A DNA stretch of 64,000 bases, from assembly GCA_963693365.1 (NCBI GenBank), contig CAVNZM010000003.1, positions 1,027,506-1,091,505 on the forward strand, in the 5' to 3' direction. The number at the start of each line of letters is the position of its first letter. Position 1 is the stretch's first letter. A program made the translations under genes and the position numbers. This stretch comes from Amoebidium appalachense. Taxonomy: Eukaryota; Protista; Ichthyosporea. This document shows positions 63,082-64,000 of the stretch, in pieces. The notes below the pieces were generated by a model, which did no database searches, was not told where the DNA came from, and saw only the letters and a program-made list of their open reading frames with translations.

Positions 63082-63299
63082 ACACCCACCCTGCCTCTCC
63101 CCCCCACTCTGCTTCCCCTTGTACCCAGGAGGATAAGCATGTAGGAGATATACATAAGAGATCGATCTTATCAGCGTTAATTACATTATCTTTAAACAAC
63201 ATGATAGTGCAAGATGTTTAGACGGGGCCTTGGTGATCAGAACTGGTTAGAGTAGGATACCCCCCCCCCTCCCCCCCCCGCCCCCCCTCCCCCCCCTCC

Positions 63300-63330
<31 letters not shown>

Positions 63331-63722
63331 AGAACCACAAAAAAAAAAAAAAAAAGAGTTAAAAAAAAGGCCTCCTTTTGTCCCCCCCCCCTCCCCCCCC
63401 CCCCCCTCTCCCCCTTCCCTGCGGCCTCCGCCCAGAGAAAGAAGGAAGGGGGGGGGGGGGGGAAGAGGGGGGTGGGGATGTGGGGTGGGGAGGGGGGCGC
63501 GCAGGTGGGGAGGGGGGGGGGGGGGGGGGTGATTGGGGCCATGTTATACTTTATATATGCTGCAGATGTGGTGGGGCAAGTTGGCTACCATCCAAACTGC
63601 ATGCCAGATTAATGACCAAAGTTCATACGTACAGTATTTCTCCCTTCGCCTGACCGAACTTCAGGGCGACTGTTAACATTAGAGGAAGCCATGTTTCCCC
63701 TCCCTCTGAATCAGTTACCAAC

Positions 63723-63760
<38 letters not shown>

Positions 63761-64000
63761 CCCCCCGCCCCCTCCCCCCCACCCACCCACCCCAAAAAAA
63801 CAAGAAAAGGACTCACCTTAATGAACAATTTCTCTCAGTTTGCGCATGTGTTCCTTTTTCCGTTCTCCATGCCACCGTGACGTGATGGTATGATGTTATT
63901 CAGAGCTGTGATCAACCTCCCGGAAGGCGTTGTCAGGAAACTGTTGAAATTTTTAAGATGGCATGTGCGTTGCGGCCACCACCATTTGTTTTGGCACGTT

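Noticed and set aside
62886-64000. Possible gene fragment at the window end
   Set aside because: Splice-like sites are present, but every attempted exon chain met stops and no family was recognised.

Overview
Eukaryotic nuclear DNA that is intron-rich and full of homopolymers and microsatellites. The AP-1 gamma sequence looks animal-like, so a unicellular holozoan/opisthokont is my inference, not a determination. Most long ORFs in the track are translations of simple repeats. Four spliced genes could be reconstructed by hand with consistent exon phases: a 15-exon ~620 aa uncharacterised protein (3447-12841, +), an F-box/LRR protein (~20601-29327, -), AP-1 gamma adaptin (42517-50310, +) and an OSCA/TMEM63-type channel (53143-62498, +). 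There is also an intronless secreted PL6 (chondroitinase B-like) lyase (16140-18170, -), a likely horizontal acquisition. Mobile DNA includes a non-autonomous hAT element with an 8-bp TSD, several MITE-like fold-backs, and a very young 3.6-kb non-coding LTR element inserted into one of two duplicated pseudogenes. The most unusual signals are three. (1) Many homology-anchored 3' splice sites are preceded by (CA)n or A-runs rather than a pyrimidine tract, often with complementary (GT)n/G-runs earlier in the same intron. (2) Intronic tandem repeats repeatedly amplify the donor or branch-point segment itself. (3) The LTR element interior is saturated with ACGAA on the sense strand only. Counts were done by hand, and homopolymer lengths may be assembly-inaccurate.
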